Below are positions 13,989 to 27,664 of a DNA stretch of 64,000 bases, piece by piece (the stretch's first letter is position 1; each line of letters starts with the position of its first letter). Location: positions 94,428,001 through 94,492,000 of the forward strand of contig CM059431.1 of NCBI GenBank assembly GCA_030390025.1, read 5' to 3'. The translations under genes and the position numbers were made by a program. Below the pieces are notes generated by a model. It ran no database searches, was not told where the DNA came from, and worked only from the letters and a program-made list of their open reading frames with translations. This stretch comes from Squalus acanthias. Taxonomy: Eukaryota.

Positions 13989-14360
13989 GGGTGTTGGTTC
14001 AAATCTCACTCCAGAGAATGGAGCATATAATCGAGGCTAGCACATCAGTGCAGTATTGAGGGAGTGCTGCACTGTTGGAGGTGCCGTCTTTCAGATGAGA
14101 CGTTAAACTGATCTCCCATCTACCCTCTCAGGTGGATGTAAATGATTCCATGGCACTATTTTGATGTACTGGACAATATTTATCCCTCAACCAACATTAT
14201 TAAAACAGATTATCTGGTCATTATCACATTGCTGTTTGTGGGACCTTGCTGTGTGCAAGTTGGCTTCTGCATTTTCGACATTACAACAGTAACTACAATT
14301 CAAAAGTACTTAATTGGCTGTTGAAATGCTTTGGGAAGACTTGCGTTCATGGAAATCATT
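13989..14360 (+). mobile_element. Deu-domain SINE, copy B
   Basis: Duplicate of 4963-5335. Confidence 0.8.
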
Positions 14361-14980
14361 ATAAGTCACCCATTTCACATCTTTATGGTTTTATTTTCCA
14401 AGTGTTAGTCATGTCTACATGCTCTCTTTCTTCTCTAATTAACTTACTGTCTTCAATGGGCTTAAATTACAAAGGAAATTATATAGACGGAAATAACAAC
14501 GTGTCACTCTAAAATGTCAAACTTGTTAATTATACAGCTCTGTACGAGGTTGTTGTAGCATGATTGGCGCCAGTGAAAATTCCACTGTCAGACCACCTGT
14601 ACTGAATGAATCAAACAGGCTCAAGCTGCCTGAAGTGAGCATCCATAGAGAGATAGGTGGGCTAAGGCTGCAACATTTGCAAACAAGATCCAAGGATTGC
14701 AGGGATTGGGCTTTGTAAATATTAAGGGGACTGAATTTCTTTACCCACTCCCCCTCGCCAGAATGTTAGACAGGAGCACCTGAACTGCACTGCCTGCCCA
14801 GGCCAAAGTGCAGCTAATTTTGGTTCACATGGCTCCGTCACACCTGAAGCATGGACACGTCCCTGCTCCCTCCTCTCTACCCGATCAGGACCTTGTCCAA
14901 AACAGGAGGCAGGAATAGCCTGAAGCCCACAGCTACAGATCTAAATATCGACTTCAAACCAGTCCTGCAATATAATTGCC

Positions 14981-15280
14981 ACATCTCTTCTAGGAATGTC
15001 CACCTTGAAGAAGTTCTGCTCTTCTCTCTGACGGGATTTCCATTTGTCTCTTTTACCTTGATCATCTTCATTGCTTTCTGTTTCCCTTCTCATGTTTGAT
15101 CAGGTACACTTGCTTAAAAACCTGTTCCATCTCCAACTTTTTCCAGTTCTGACGAAGGGTCATTGACCTGAATCGTTAACTTTGTTTCTCTCTCTACAGA
15201 TGCTGCCTGACCTGCTGAGTATTTCCAGCATTTTCTGTTTTTTATTTCAGATTTCCAGCACCCGCAGTATTTTGCTTTTC
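14981..15280 (+). mobile_element. Penelope-like pLTR with hammerhead motif, copy B
   Basis: CTGACGAAGGGTCATTGACCTGAAT at 15149-15173. Confidence 0.75.
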
Positions 15281-15583
15281 TGTCCTGCAATATAATTGTC
15301 CACTTACCTTTTAGCCTTGTTGCCTGGTCTCATGACACTCCCTGATCTGAGGGCTCACTGGCACTAGGACCCATTAACACTTCTTCAGGTGTCCCTGCAT
15401 CTGTTGTCCGACTGACCAAAACACAGGGAAATGAGGCAGGAAGCTCAAGAAGGTCCCTTCCTACCTTAGTTAAATAAGTTAATTGGGCCTGCACCTATTA
15501 TTAGGCCACATAAGGGGTGGCAGAGACTCGGCATAATGGGTCTCTGGCACCGTCTCAACCCACTGAAATTGGCCTTCCTACAA

Positions 15584-16810
15584 TTAAATATTTTTACTCC
15601 AGATTACTCACTGTCCTTTTCCATAACTAACCTAAACCTTATGGTACAATGATCACTGTTCCCTAAATGTTCCCCCACTGACACTTGCTCCACTTGCCCC
15701 ACCTCATTTCCCAGAACCAGATCCAGCAGTGCCTCCTTCCTGGTTGAGCCAGAAACGTACTGATCAAGGGAGTTCTCCTGAACACACTTCAGAAATTCTT
15801 CCCCCTCTCTGCCCTTTACACTATTACTATTGCAGTCTATATTAGGATAATTGAAGTCCCCCATTATCACTTCTCTATAATTCTTGCACCTCACTCTAAT
15901 TTCCCTGCTCCTCTATATCTTTCCCACGAGTAGGTGGCATATAAAATACCCCGAGTAGTGTAATAGCACCTCTATTGTTGCTTAACTCTAACCAAATAGA
16001 TTCTCTCTTTGATCCCTCCAGGACATATTCTCTCTCCAGCACGGTAACATACTCCTTAATCAATACTGCCACCCCACCTACTTTTTTTTCTTCCCTATCA
16101 TTCCTGAACACCTTATATCCAGGAATATTTAAAACCCAATCCTGCCCTTTTTTGAGCCAGGTCTCTGTTATCGCCACAACATCATATTTGCATTTGGCTA
16201 TTTGCGCCTGCAGCTCACCAACCTTATTTACCATGCTTCGTGCGTTTACATACATGCTCTGCCAAGCTATTTTAGAACTTCTTGTATTCTCTCTTAGTCT
16301 GATCCCACCTAATACCTTACTATCTCTTTAGTGCTATCCGTCTCTCCCAATCCTTTGTGCACTTTGTTCCTCCTTTCTAATGCTACATCCTGGTGTCCAT
16401 CCCCCTGACAAATTAAATTAAACCCTCCCCAACAGCACTAGCAAACACCCCGCGAGGACATTGATTCCGGCTCTGTTGAGGTGCAACCCATCCGGCCTGT
16501 CCAGATCCCAGCTCTCCCAGAACCAATCCTAATGCCCCAGAAATCTGAAGCCCTCCCTTTTGCACCATCTCACCAGCCACGCATTCATCTGCTCCATCCT
16601 CTTATCTCTATTCACTCGCTCGTGGCACCGGGAGTAATCCGGAGATTACTACCTTTGAGGTCCTGCTTTTTAATCTCTTTCCTAGCTCCCTAAGATCTGC
16701 CTGCAGGACCTCATCCCTCTTTCTACCCATGTCATTGATACCAATATGGACCACGACCTCTGGCTGTTCACCCTCCCCCCTCAGAACGTTCTGCAGCCGC
16801 TCAGTGACAT
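15584..16810 (-). mobile_element. CR1 LINE fragment, copy B
   Basis: MYVNARSM..ITETWL..GDFNYPNID..GNSDH; ORF1 esterase end. Confidence 0.9.
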
Positions 16811-17693
16811 GCCACTCCTCATGCAAAACGAACATCTCAAGAACTCTTAACAAGTTGATGAGTTGGACACCGAGTTAGAGAAGGAAAGATATGTAAGAAA
16901 ACCTAAAGCCCAGTCAACAATAAGGGTCATTTTTAGGAGAGGGAGGTAGCAGGAAGTGAGTTCGACATGGCAGAAGTTTAGCGCCTGAATAATCAGCCTC
17001 CAATGTAATTTACAGGTCTGAGCTGCAATACAAGATTCTGCAGTTAAACTTCAGGTTCACACAAAATGACCAGTGCCTCAATGTGTTTAGTCACCACCCT
17101 CATTTTCAGTATGTGCAGCTGATCCGCTGAGCATGGAGTGGTGTTACCAATGGCTACTGTTCTCTTGTTCCTTCCTGAAAGAAGCTGTGGGGTGTTCGGA
17201 AGGCGATTATTTGATCACCATTTTTACACTAATCAAGGTTTACTACAACAACAACAACAACAACTTGTATTTATATAGCGCCTTTAACGTAGTAAAACGT
17301 CCCAAGGTGCTTCACAGGAGTGTTATAAAACAAAGGGGGTAAAATTAGGTCGCGCCCCATTTGGGGCGCAAATATCGTCTGGACGCAAATATTAGCGCCT
17401 GGCGCTAATTATCGCCACTGACTGGAAACTTCACTTTTACCACCCCGGGAGGTGAGTGGAGCGCTAAATCAGGCGCTGCACACCTGTCTTAAGGCGCAAA
17501 GGCCGAGCAGTGAGGCGCTAACTCAGCGCGCGAGCGCAGCGCAGCTGCTGCCAGTTAGCGAGGGAACACAGACACACTGGCGCCGGACACTTCTTAAAGC
17601 GGGGGGGGCCAACTTGCTCCCCAGCCACACCCTGCTCATTGCAGCCTTGAATCTCGGCCTGGAGAGACCTGTGAATCCATTTTGCTGCCAAGG

Positions 17694-19513
17694 ATGGAGA
17701 GGGTGAGAGAACGAGCTCATCGCTTCACCGAGCGGGCCTTGGATGCTCTGGTTGGCGCGGTGGAGCGCAGAAGATGTATACTCTTCCCTGTGAGTGGCAG
17801 GAGGCCTTTGCCACGCGAGTTCAGAAGAGTGTGGAGGGAGGTGGCTCAGAGCGTCTCCTCCAGGAGCATGGTGCCCAGGACCCATACTCAATGCCGCAAA
17901 AAGTTCAACGACCTCACTCGGGTCGTCAGGGTGAGTGGCTTTTTCTCAATACCTCTCCATCCCTCCATCTCAACCTCACTCTAAGGCCAGAGGGTCTTAA
18001 AACCACAATGCACAACACTCATCCAACAACTATGGCCCTTTCATGAAACGCACACACACATTCTACACTTTGCATGCAGTAAGGGCTATTCACCTATGGG
18101 AGGCACATCAGCCAAGACCATGGCTGCATACAGTAAGGGCTATTCACCTATGGGAGGCACATCAGGCAAGACCATGGCTGTATATTTACTCAGTTGCTGT
18201 CCTTTTTCTTACAGGCCAAGCTGGCGCATAATCGGAGACAGCAGCAACGGACAGGTAGAGGGCGGCCTCAGCTGCAACCCCTCAGCGATCTTGAGGAGCG
18301 CGTCCACAGGATTGTGGCAAGCCGGGTGATCGGTCCCGTCGCCACTGGAGACGCCGACCCCGTTCTGGACAGCAATGGTAAGGTCATCACCTTTTTGTCC
18401 TCTGTCCTTCCACTTGTCCCTCACAACACCAGCCTTTGACACTTTCAATCCAACTTGCTAACTCACTGCACTTATTCCTCCCTTACTGTCACCCTGTCCT
18501 CACGCTAAAGCCACTCTTGTACCTCCCTGCTTTCAGATGGTGATTCACCAGCTGAGGAGACGGGCCCTGAAGCTGCCACTGGGAGTGAAGCTGCAGCCGA
18601 GGAGGAAGAGGAAGCCGGAGCATCAGTGCCACCCTCTCCCGAGGAAGCCCATGCCCACACTGAGAACACGCCTTCCCTGGAGGGGAGCAGGGGGGAAGGG
18701 TCTGATGAGGGTGAAGCTCCAGGACCCAGCGGGCTGCAGCAACGCCATGGGGGCAGGGAAGAACGGGGGCCTTCTCCCCGGAGGGAGAGTATGCCAGACA
18801 CTCCTACTGCAATGGACGCAGAGGAGGAGCGGCTGATCGCAGAAATGAACACCCAGGCGGTGGGCATGCACACTGAGCTCATGGGTGCAGTGGGAAGGGT
18901 GCCCGAATGCATTGAGTCACTGGCAAGGAGTGTGGAGCACTTCGCTGTAGCACAGGCAGATGCCACACTAAAGCTTAGTGCTGCAATTCAGTCACTGGCT
19001 GCCGTGATCCCATCTCTGACTGCTCTCATGCAGACTCAGATTGAGGCCACGCGAGCACAGACTGCTGCCAACCTCGATGGTTCGTTCACATGTCCCCGGG
19101 GCTGTCACCGCGCCACAGCAGGCCAGCAATCTGTTCTCCAGCAGATTGCTCCGGATGCTGAAGTGCTGCCCCGTGGGAGTGCCAGTGTGTCGGGCGAGCA
19201 GGGAGTTGCTGTCCTCTCTCACGATGACAGCATTCCTGCTGCCAACACTGTCACTTCTCCACTGCACTTGCCACCGCCTGTAGGACAGACTGCTGCCGCC
19301 CATGCAGAGTTGGTGCAGTCTGCAGCCGGGCCCTCCAGGCCCAGAACTGGTCGAGGCCGTCCTTCAGGGGCATCTGCAGTGTCAGGGTCTGACGAGCAGC
19401 AGCCTTCCACCAGCCTTGCTGCAGCCACTGATGTCCCATTACGGAGGAGCAGTAGGGTTAGAAGGGGGGAAGTGCGCAAGGGAAGGAGATCACCCTCGAA
19501 GGGCAAAAAGTAG
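17694..19513 (+). CDS. Harbinger Myb/SANT-like DNA-binding protein; 3 exons (17694-17930, 18215-18377, 18537-19513), ~458 aa, frame intact
   Basis: RFTERALDALV..WREVA..RTHTQCRKKFNDL trihelix motif; GT-AG introns in phases 0 and 1 join in frame with ORF 18626-19513. Confidence 0.85.
18078..18185 (+). repeat. 54-bp tandem repeat x2 in Myb intron 1
   Basis: agtaagggctattcacctatgggaggcacatcaggcaagaccatggctgcatac. Confidence 0.9.
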
Positions 19514-19826
19514 GAGGTGTGACAAAATGCTGGTCATTTTTTTAATTAAAGGTCGAGGTTCATGGTCCAACTTTTGTTTAGTGTTTTGGACATTATCTCC
19601 AGGTTGTGAGAACCAGTTATGTTATTGACTGTTTTTTTGTGTTTATTTCTATGAGTTTGTCATGATGAATTGATACACACAGAGTTTGTAAAATAAATAA
19701 GTTTCTGTATTCAAAATATACATGGTTGGTGTTTGGAATTATTGGTGCCTTGGCCGGCTTAGGGGTTGCGTGCTGGGTTCATTGATGTTGTTAGCAATGG
19801 CAGAAGCCATTTCCACAGCAGGGGCC

Positions 19827-20987
19827 CTAGAAGCGGCTTGCTATTAGCCGTTGACGGACGGCCCTTGCAGTTTCACCATTGTGGGCCGCCCTCCCGCCTT
19901 GGTGCTGCTGATGATCATCCTCCTCGTCCTCTTCCTCCTCTTCCTCCTCCTCCTCTGGTGGTGCTCCAAGGCCTGGTGGCATTGGCTGGGTCCTGAGGAT
20001 TGCCATGTTATGCAACATGCAGCACACAACTACGAAGTTGGATACACGCTCAGGCGAGTACTGCAGGGCTCCTCCAGAATGGTCGAGACAGCGGAACCGT
20101 TGCTTCAGCATGCCGATTGTGCGCTCAATTATGTTCCTGGTAGCTTGATGGCTCTCATTGTACCGCAGCTCAGCAGGGGTGTTGGGCGTACGGAGCGGTG
20201 TCATCAGCCAGGTGCTCAATGCATACCCCTTGTCCCCGAGAAGCCAACCAACTGGCTGATGCGGTGCCTCAAAAAGTTCTGCCACAGTAGTCTGGCGCAG
20301 GATAAAAGCATCGTGGCAGCTGCCAGGATAGTGGGCATTGACAGCGAGTATCAGCTGTCTGTGGTCACAGACCAACTGAACATTCAAGGAATGGAACCCC
20401 TTTCTGTTCCGGAATTCCTCGGCATTCTCATGCGGAGCACGCAAAGCCACATGCGTGCAGTCAATGGCGCCCTGCACCATGGGGAAGCCCGCTACCCTCG
20501 CAAAGCCCAGAGCGCGGTCACGCTGCTTGTCTGGGGTCATGGGGAAAGAGATGAACTCTCGTCTCCTTTTAAAGAGGGCATTTGTGACCTGCCGGATGCA
20601 GCAATGCACCGTGAACTGGGAGATATTGGCGAGGTCCCCAGCAGCAGCTTGAAATGAGCCAGTAGCGTAGAAGTTGAGAGCCACTGTGACCTTCACTGCC
20701 ACCGACAGAGACATCCTGGACCTCAGTTGAGGCTGCAGATCTGGCTGCAGCAGGTGGCAGAGCTCAGTGACCACCTCCTTGCTGAATCGCAGCCTTCGCA
20801 AACACAGCTCCTCAGACATATGAATGTAGGAGAGCTGTTCACGATATACCCTGGGAGGGTAAGCTCTCCTGTACATACGCCTGTTGGCCCTCCTCCGTCT
20901 GGCCATCATTGCCACTCTCTCTCTGCGTCACTGTGTCCTCCGATTCAGCTGGAGCAGGACGACGCCCCCAATCAGTGCAGCCCCCAT
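19827..20987 (-). CDS. Harbinger (HARBI1-like) DDE transposase; one in-frame TGA at 20928-20930, 360 aa open downstream
   Basis: [51 protein letters not shown], acidic tail. Confidence 0.92.
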
Positions 20988-23900
20988 AGTCTCTTTGCAA
21001 GCAATGTAATGAAGGACAGCAACTAAAGTACTAGCGAAGTTAGGATCAGTAGGCAAAACTACCTCACAAAGCGTTGAGTCAATGCAGAAGTCTCTCTTTC
21101 TCTCTCTCCGAATCTCTCTCTCTCTTTCAGAACGAGTGGTGCAAAAATGTCCACCACAGAAAAAGGCCCCCTTTAAATAGCGCCCCCCTGCCCCACAGTG
21201 ATTGATAGCGTTCCAGTCTTCCGGTTGTTGGATGCGCCAGGCGGTAAGGCAGGGGGCGCCACTCAATTTCCGCTCCGGGGCGCCACAAGGGCGTTGCACC
21301 ATGGAATGACGTCACAATCTGCGCGCGCAGGTGGTCGCAGCGGTAAGGTTTAGCGCCGCCGCACAATCTCTAGTTAAGTTCCCGAGCGGTGCAAACATCG
21401 CTGCGCCCGGGCGTTAGCGGCTTTGTGCCCCATTAGCGCCCTCTTAAGGCGCTAACGGGACGCGCAACCAACTGAATTTTTACCCCAAAAACTTTGACAC
21501 TGAGCCACATAGGGAGAAATTAGGGCTGGTGACCAAAAGCTTGGTCAAAGACGTAGGTTTTAAGGAGCGTCTTAAAGTAGGAAAGAGAGGTAGAGATGCG
21601 TAGAGGTTTAGGCATGGAATTCCAGAGCTTAGGTCCGAGGCAACAGAAGACATAGTCACCTATTGTTGAGCGATTATAATCAGGGATGCTCAAGAGGGCA
21701 GAAATAGAGGAGCGCAGATATCTCTGGGGGTTATGGGGCTGGAGGAGGTTACAGAGATAGGGAGGGGTGAGGCCATAGAGGGATTTGAAAACAAGGATGA
21801 GAATTTTGAAATCGAGGCATTGCTTAACCGGGAGCAAAAGTAGGTTTAGCGAGCACAGGGGAAATGGGTGAACGGGACTTGGTGCGACTTAGGACACAGG
21901 CAGACGAGTTTTGGATGACCTCAAGCATGGATGAGGGTTTCAGCAGTGTATTAGCTGAGGCAAGGGCGGAAACGTGCGATGTTACGGAGGTGAAAATAGG
22001 CAGTCTTAGTTATGCCGCGGATATGTAGTCGGAAGCTCATTTCAGGGTCAAATATGACACCAAGGTTGTGACCAGTGAGGCTCAGCCTCAGACAGATAAT
22101 AGGGAGAGGGATGTAGTCACTGGCTAGGGACGGTGTTTGTGGCGTGGACTGAAGACATGGCTTCGGTCCTCCCAATATTTAATTGGAGAAAATTTCTGCT
22201 CTTCCAGAACTGGATGTCCGTCATGCAGTCTGACAATTTAGAGACCGTGGAGGGGTCGAGAGAGGTGGTGGTGAGGTAGAGCTGGGTGTCGTCAGCGTAC
22301 ATGTGGAAACTGATGCTGTGTTTTCGGATGATGTCGCCAAGGGGCAGCATGTAGATCAGAAATAGGAGGGGGCCAAGGATAGATCCTTGGGGGACACCAA
22401 AGGTAACGATGCGGGAGCAGCAAGAGAAGCTGTTGCAGGTAATTCTCTGGCTACGATTAGATTGATAAGAATGGAACCAGGCGAGTGCAGTCCCACCCAG
22501 CTGGACGACGGTGGAGAGGTGTTGGAGAAGGATGGAGTGGTCAAACGTGTCAAAGGCTGCAGAGAAGTCAAGAAGGACGAGGAGGGATAGTTTACCTTTG
22601 TCACAGTCACAAAGGATATCATTTGTGACTTTGATGAGAGCCGTTTCTGTACTGTGGCAGGGACGGAAACCTGATTGGAGGGATTCAAACATGGAGTTGC
22701 AGGAAATATGGGCACGGATTTGGGAGGCAACTACATATTGAAGGACGTTGGAGAGGAAAGGGAAGTTGGAGATGGGGCGGTAGTTTGCAAGACGGAGGGG
22801 TCAATGGTTGGTTTTTTGAGGAGAGGGGTGATGACATCAGATTTGAGGGAGAGGGGGACAGTACCTGAGGAGAGAGAACCGTTAACAATGTCAGCTAACA
22901 TGGGAGCCAGAAAAGGAAGTTGGCTGGTCAGCAGTTTGGTGGGAATAGGTTCGAGGGAGCAGGAAGTGGATCTCATGGACAAGATGAGCGTGGAAAGATG
23001 CTGAGGGGAGATCGGAGAGAAACTGGAGAAAGTTGTGAGTTCAGGGCTAGGGCAGGGGGGAACCTTTGAGGAAGTTTGGCACAGTGGGCATGGGGAAGGA
23101 AGGGAAGTGGCAGAGGCAGCTGAATGGATGGTCTCAATCTTAGAGACAAAGAAGTCCATGAGCTCCTCACACTTGTTGTCGGAGGTGAGGGTGGAGGAGA
23201 CAGGGGAGAGGGGTTTAAGAAGACGATTAGCAGTGGAGAATAGAAGCCGGGGTTTATCTTTGCATTACAGAATGTTCTGGAATAGTGAGCAGTTTTGGCA
23301 GATGAGAGCAGGACTCGATAATGCTTTATGTGGTCCAGCCAGATCTGGCGGTGAACGGCTAAACCAGTTGTCCGCCATATCCGTTCAAGTCTGCGTCCCT
23401 TGGAATTAAGGGAGTGAAGATGATGGCCGTACCAGGGGGAATGGCCAGGGTGAGAGAGAGTAATTGTTTTAATAGGGACTAGGACATCAAAAGGGTGTTG
23501 ATGGTATGGTTGAGCAGATCAGTATCTGCAGAAATGTTGTGGTGAATAGGTGTTCAAAGGCTGGACAGTTGGGATTTCATAAGTGCAATTGTGAGAGAGT
23601 TAGGAGAGAGTGTTTTCCAGGGGTGGACACAGAAGGAAGTAGGGTAGGGGAGCGGTGGAAAGGGGATATGGGCAGTGAGCGATACGAGAAAGTGGTCAGT
23701 ATAGCCTTATCTGCGATTGACACGATGAGGGTAGTGAGAGATGGCAAGGTCGAGGGGGTGACCGTGAATATGGGTTGGGGAGTTCACATGGAGGGCGAGA
23801 TTAAGGGAGGATAGGAGGCTAGCGAACTCAGAGGAGAGAGAGCATGATGAATTGAGATGGAGGTTGAAATCACCGAGGATGAGAAGTCGCTCGGTGCAGA

Positions 23901-24332
23901 GGCTGAGGGAGGAGAGCAGTGAAGATATCTCGGAAATAAATTTTTTATGGTACTTAGGTTGGCGGTAGAGAACGAGGGGTAGAAATTAGGTCGCGCCCCA
24001 TTTGGGGCGCAAATATCGTCCGGACGCAAATATTAGCGCCTGGCGCTAATTATCGGCACTGACAGGAAACTTCACTTTTACCGCCCCGGGAGGTGAGTGG
24101 AGCGCTAAATTAGGCGCTGCACACCTCTCTTAAGGCGCAAAGGCCAAGGAGTGAGGCGCTAACTCAGCGCACGAGCGCAGCGCAGCTGCTGCCAGTTAGC
24201 GAGGGAACACAGACACAATGGCGCCGGACACTTCTTAAAGCGGGGGGGGCCACTTGCTCCCCAGCCACACCCTGCTCATTGCAGCCTTGAATCTCAGCCT
24301 GGAGAGACCTGTAATCCATTTTGCTGCCAAGC

Positions 24333-26210
24333 ATGGAGAGGGTGAGAGAACGCGCTCATCGCTTCACCGAGCGGGCCTTGGATGCTCTGGTTGACGCAGT
24401 GGAGCGCAGACGATGCATGCTGTTCCCGGAGAGTGGCAGGAGGCCTTTGCCACGCGAGTTCAGAAGAGTGTGGAGGGAGGTGGCTCAGAGCGTCTCCTCC
24501 AGGAGCATGGTGCCCAGGACCCATGTTTAATGCCGCAAAAAGTTCAACGACCTCACTCGGGTCGTCAGGGTGAGTAGCTTTTTCTCAATACCTCTCCATC
24601 CCTCCATCTCAACCTCACTCTATGGCCAGAGGGTCTTAAAACCCCAATGCACAACACTCATCCAACACCTATGGCCCTTTCATCAAACACACACACACAT
24701 TCCACACTTTGCATAGAGTAAGGGCTATTCACCTATGGGAGGCACATCAGGCAAGACCATGGCTGCATACAGTAAGGGCTATTCACCTATGGGAGGCACA
24801 TCAGGCAAGACCATGGCTGTATATTGTAAGGGCTATTCACCTATGGGAGGCACATCAGGCAAGACCATGGCTGTATATTTACTCAGATGCTGTCCTTTTT
24901 CTTGAAGGCTAAGCTGGCTCATAATCGGAGACAGCAGCAACGGACGGGTGGAGGGCGGCTTCAGCTGCAACCCCTCAGCGATCTGGAGGAGCGCGTCCAC
25001 AGGATTGTGGCAAGCCGGGTGATCGGTCCCGTCGCCACTGGAGACGCCGACCCTGTTCTGGACAGCAATGGTAAGGTCATCACCTTTTTGTCCTCTGTCC
25101 TTCCACTTGTCCCTCACAATACCAGCCTTTGACACTTTCAATCCAACTTGCTAACTCGCTGCACTTATTCCTCCCTTACTGCCACCCTGTCCTCACGCTA
25201 AAGCCACTCTTGTACCTCCCTGCTTTCAGATGGTGATTCACCAGCTGAGGAGACGGGCCCTGAAGCTGCCACTGGGAGTGATGCTGCAGCTGAGGAGGAA
25301 GAGGAAGCCGGAGCATCAGTGCCACCCTCTCCCGAGGAAGCCTATGCCCACACTGGGAACACGCCTTCCCCGGAGGGGAGCAGGGGGGAAGGGGCTGATG
25401 ATGGTGAAGCTCCAGGACCCAGCGGGCTGCAGCAACGCCATGGGGGGGGGTAGGGAAGAACGGGGGCCTTCTCCCCAGAGGGAGAGTATGCCAGACACTC
25501 CTACTGCAATGGACGCAGAGGAGGAGCGGCTGATTGCAGAAATGAACAGCCAGGCGGTGGGCATGCACACTGAGCTCATGGGTGCAGTGGGAAGGGTGCC
25601 CGAATGCATTGAATCACTGGCAAGGAGTGTGGAGCACTTCGCTGTAGCACAGGCGGATGCCACACTAAAGCTTAGTGCTGCAATTCAGTCACTGGCTGCC
25701 AGGAACCCATCTGAGACTGCTCTCATGCAGACTCAGATTGAGGCCACGCGAGCACTGACTGCTGCCATCCTCGATGGTTCGTGCACATGTCCCCGGGGCT
25801 GTCACCGCGCTGCAGCAGGCCAGCAATCTGTTCTCCGGCAAATTGCTCCGGATGCTGAAGTGCTGCCCCGTGGGAGTGCCAGTGTGTCGGGCGAGCAGGG
25901 AGTTGCTGTCCTCTCTCACGATGACAGCATTCCTGCTGCCAACACTGTCACTTCTCCACTGCACTTGCCACCGCCTGTAGGACAGACTGCTGCCGCCCAT
26001 GCAGAGTTGATGCAGTCTGCAGCCGGGCCCTCCAGGCCCAGAAGTGGTCGAGGCCGTCCTTCAGGGGCATCTGCAGTGTCAGGGTCTGACGAGCAGCAGC
26101 CTTCCACCAGCCTTGCTGCAGCCACTGAGGTCCCATTACGGAGGAGCAGTAGGGTTAGAAGGGGGTAAGTGCGCAAGGGAAGGAGATCACCCTCGAAGGG
26201 CAAAAAGTAG
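24333..26210 (+). pseudogene. Harbinger Myb-like gene, disrupted
   Basis: Paralog of 17694-19513 with CAA>TAA, a G-run frameshift and an early stop at 26166-26168. Confidence 0.85.
24717..24878 (+). repeat. 54-bp tandem repeat x3 in Myb intron 1
   Basis: Same unit as 18078, one extra copy. Confidence 0.9.
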
Positions 26211-26504
26211 GAGGTGTGCCAAAATGCTGGTCATTTTTTTATTAAAGGCCGAGGTTCATGGTCCAACTTTTGTTTAGTGTTTTGGACATTATCTCCAGGT
26301 TGTGAGAACCAGTTATGTTATTGACTGTTTTTTTGTGTTTATTTCTATGAGTTTGTCATGAGGAATTGATACACACAGAGTTTGTAAAATAAATAAGTTT
26401 CTGTATTCAAAATATACATGGCTGGTGGTTGGAATTATTGGTGCCTTGGCCGGCTTAGGGGTTGCGTGCTGGGTTGATTAGTGTTTGTAGCAATGGCAGG
26501 GGCC

Positions 26505-27664
26505 CTAGAAGCGGCTTGCTATTAGTCGTTGACGGACGGCCCTTGCAGTTTGACCATTGTGGGCCGCCCTCCTGCCTTGGTGCTGCTGATGATCATCGTC
26601 CTCGTCCTGTTCCTCCTCTTCCTCCTCCTCCTCTGGTGGTGCTACAAGGCCTGGTGGCATTGGCTGGGTCCTGAGGATTGCCATGTTGTGCAACATGCAG
26701 CACACGACTACGAAGTTCGAAACTTGCTCAGGCGAGTACTGCAGGGCTCCTCCGGAATGGTCCAGACAGCGGAACCGTTGTTTCAGCACACCGATTGTGC
26801 GCTCAATAATGTTCCTGGTTGCTTGATGGCTTTCATTGTATGCAGCTCAGCAGGGGTGTTTGGCGTACGGAGCGGTGTCATCAGCCAGGTGCTCAATGCG
26901 TACCCCTTGTCCCCCAGAAGCCAACCAACTGGCTGATGCGGTGCCTCGAAAACTTCTGCCACAGTAGTCTGGCGCAGGATGAAAGCATCGTGGCAGCTGC
27001 CCGGATAGTGGGCATTGACAGCGAGTATCACCTGTCTGTGGTCACAGACCAACTGCACATTCAAGGAATGGAACCCCTTTCTGTTCCTGAATTCCTCTGC
27101 ATTCTCTCGCAGAGCACGCAAAGCCACATGCGTGCAGTCAATGGCGCCCTGCACCATGGGGAAGCCCGCTACCCTCGCAAAGCCCAGAGCACGGTCACGC
27201 TGCTTGTCTGGGGTCATAGGGAAAGAGATGAAGTCTCGTCTCCTTCTGAAGAGGGCATTGGTGACCTGCCGGATGCAGCGATGCACCGCAAACTGGGAGA
27301 TATTGGCGAGGTCCCCAACAGCAGCTTGGAATGAGCCAGTGGCGTAGAAGTTCAAAGCCACTGTGACCTTCACTGCCACCGACAGAGACGTCCTGGACCT
27401 CAGCTGAGGCTGCAGATCTGGCTGCAGCAGGTGGCAGAGCTCAGTGACCACCTCCTTGCTGAATCGCAGCCTTCGCAAACACAGCTCCTCGGACATATGG
27501 ATGTAGGAGAGCTGTTCACGATATACCCTGGGAGGGTAAGCTCTCCTGTACATGCGCCTGATGGCCCTCCTCCGTCTGGCCATCATTGCCACTCTCTGTC
27601 TGCGTCTCACTATCCTCCGATTCAGCTGGAGCAGGACGACGCCCCCAATCATTGCAGCCCCCAT
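26505..27664 (-). pseudogene. Harbinger transposase, single frameshift
   Basis: ORFs 26783-27664 and 26505-26789 together match 19827-20987. Confidence 0.9.

Larger units (their letters stand above)
17336..21486 (+). mobile_element. Full-length PIF/Harbinger DNA transposon (~4.15 kb), nearly intact
   Basis: TIRs GGGGTAAAATTAG / CTGAATTTTTACCCC; TSD aaa; empty site at ~8307; convergent Myb and transposase genes. Confidence 0.95.

Noticed and set aside
18078..18185. CRISPR-like array (also 24717-24878 and LTR repeats at 53695-53985)
   Set aside because: Head-to-tail repeats without unique spacers, eukaryotic context, no cas genes
19827..20915. Host HARBI1 gene
   Set aside because: Lies within TIRs and a TSD with a Myb partner, an empty site and multiple paralogs
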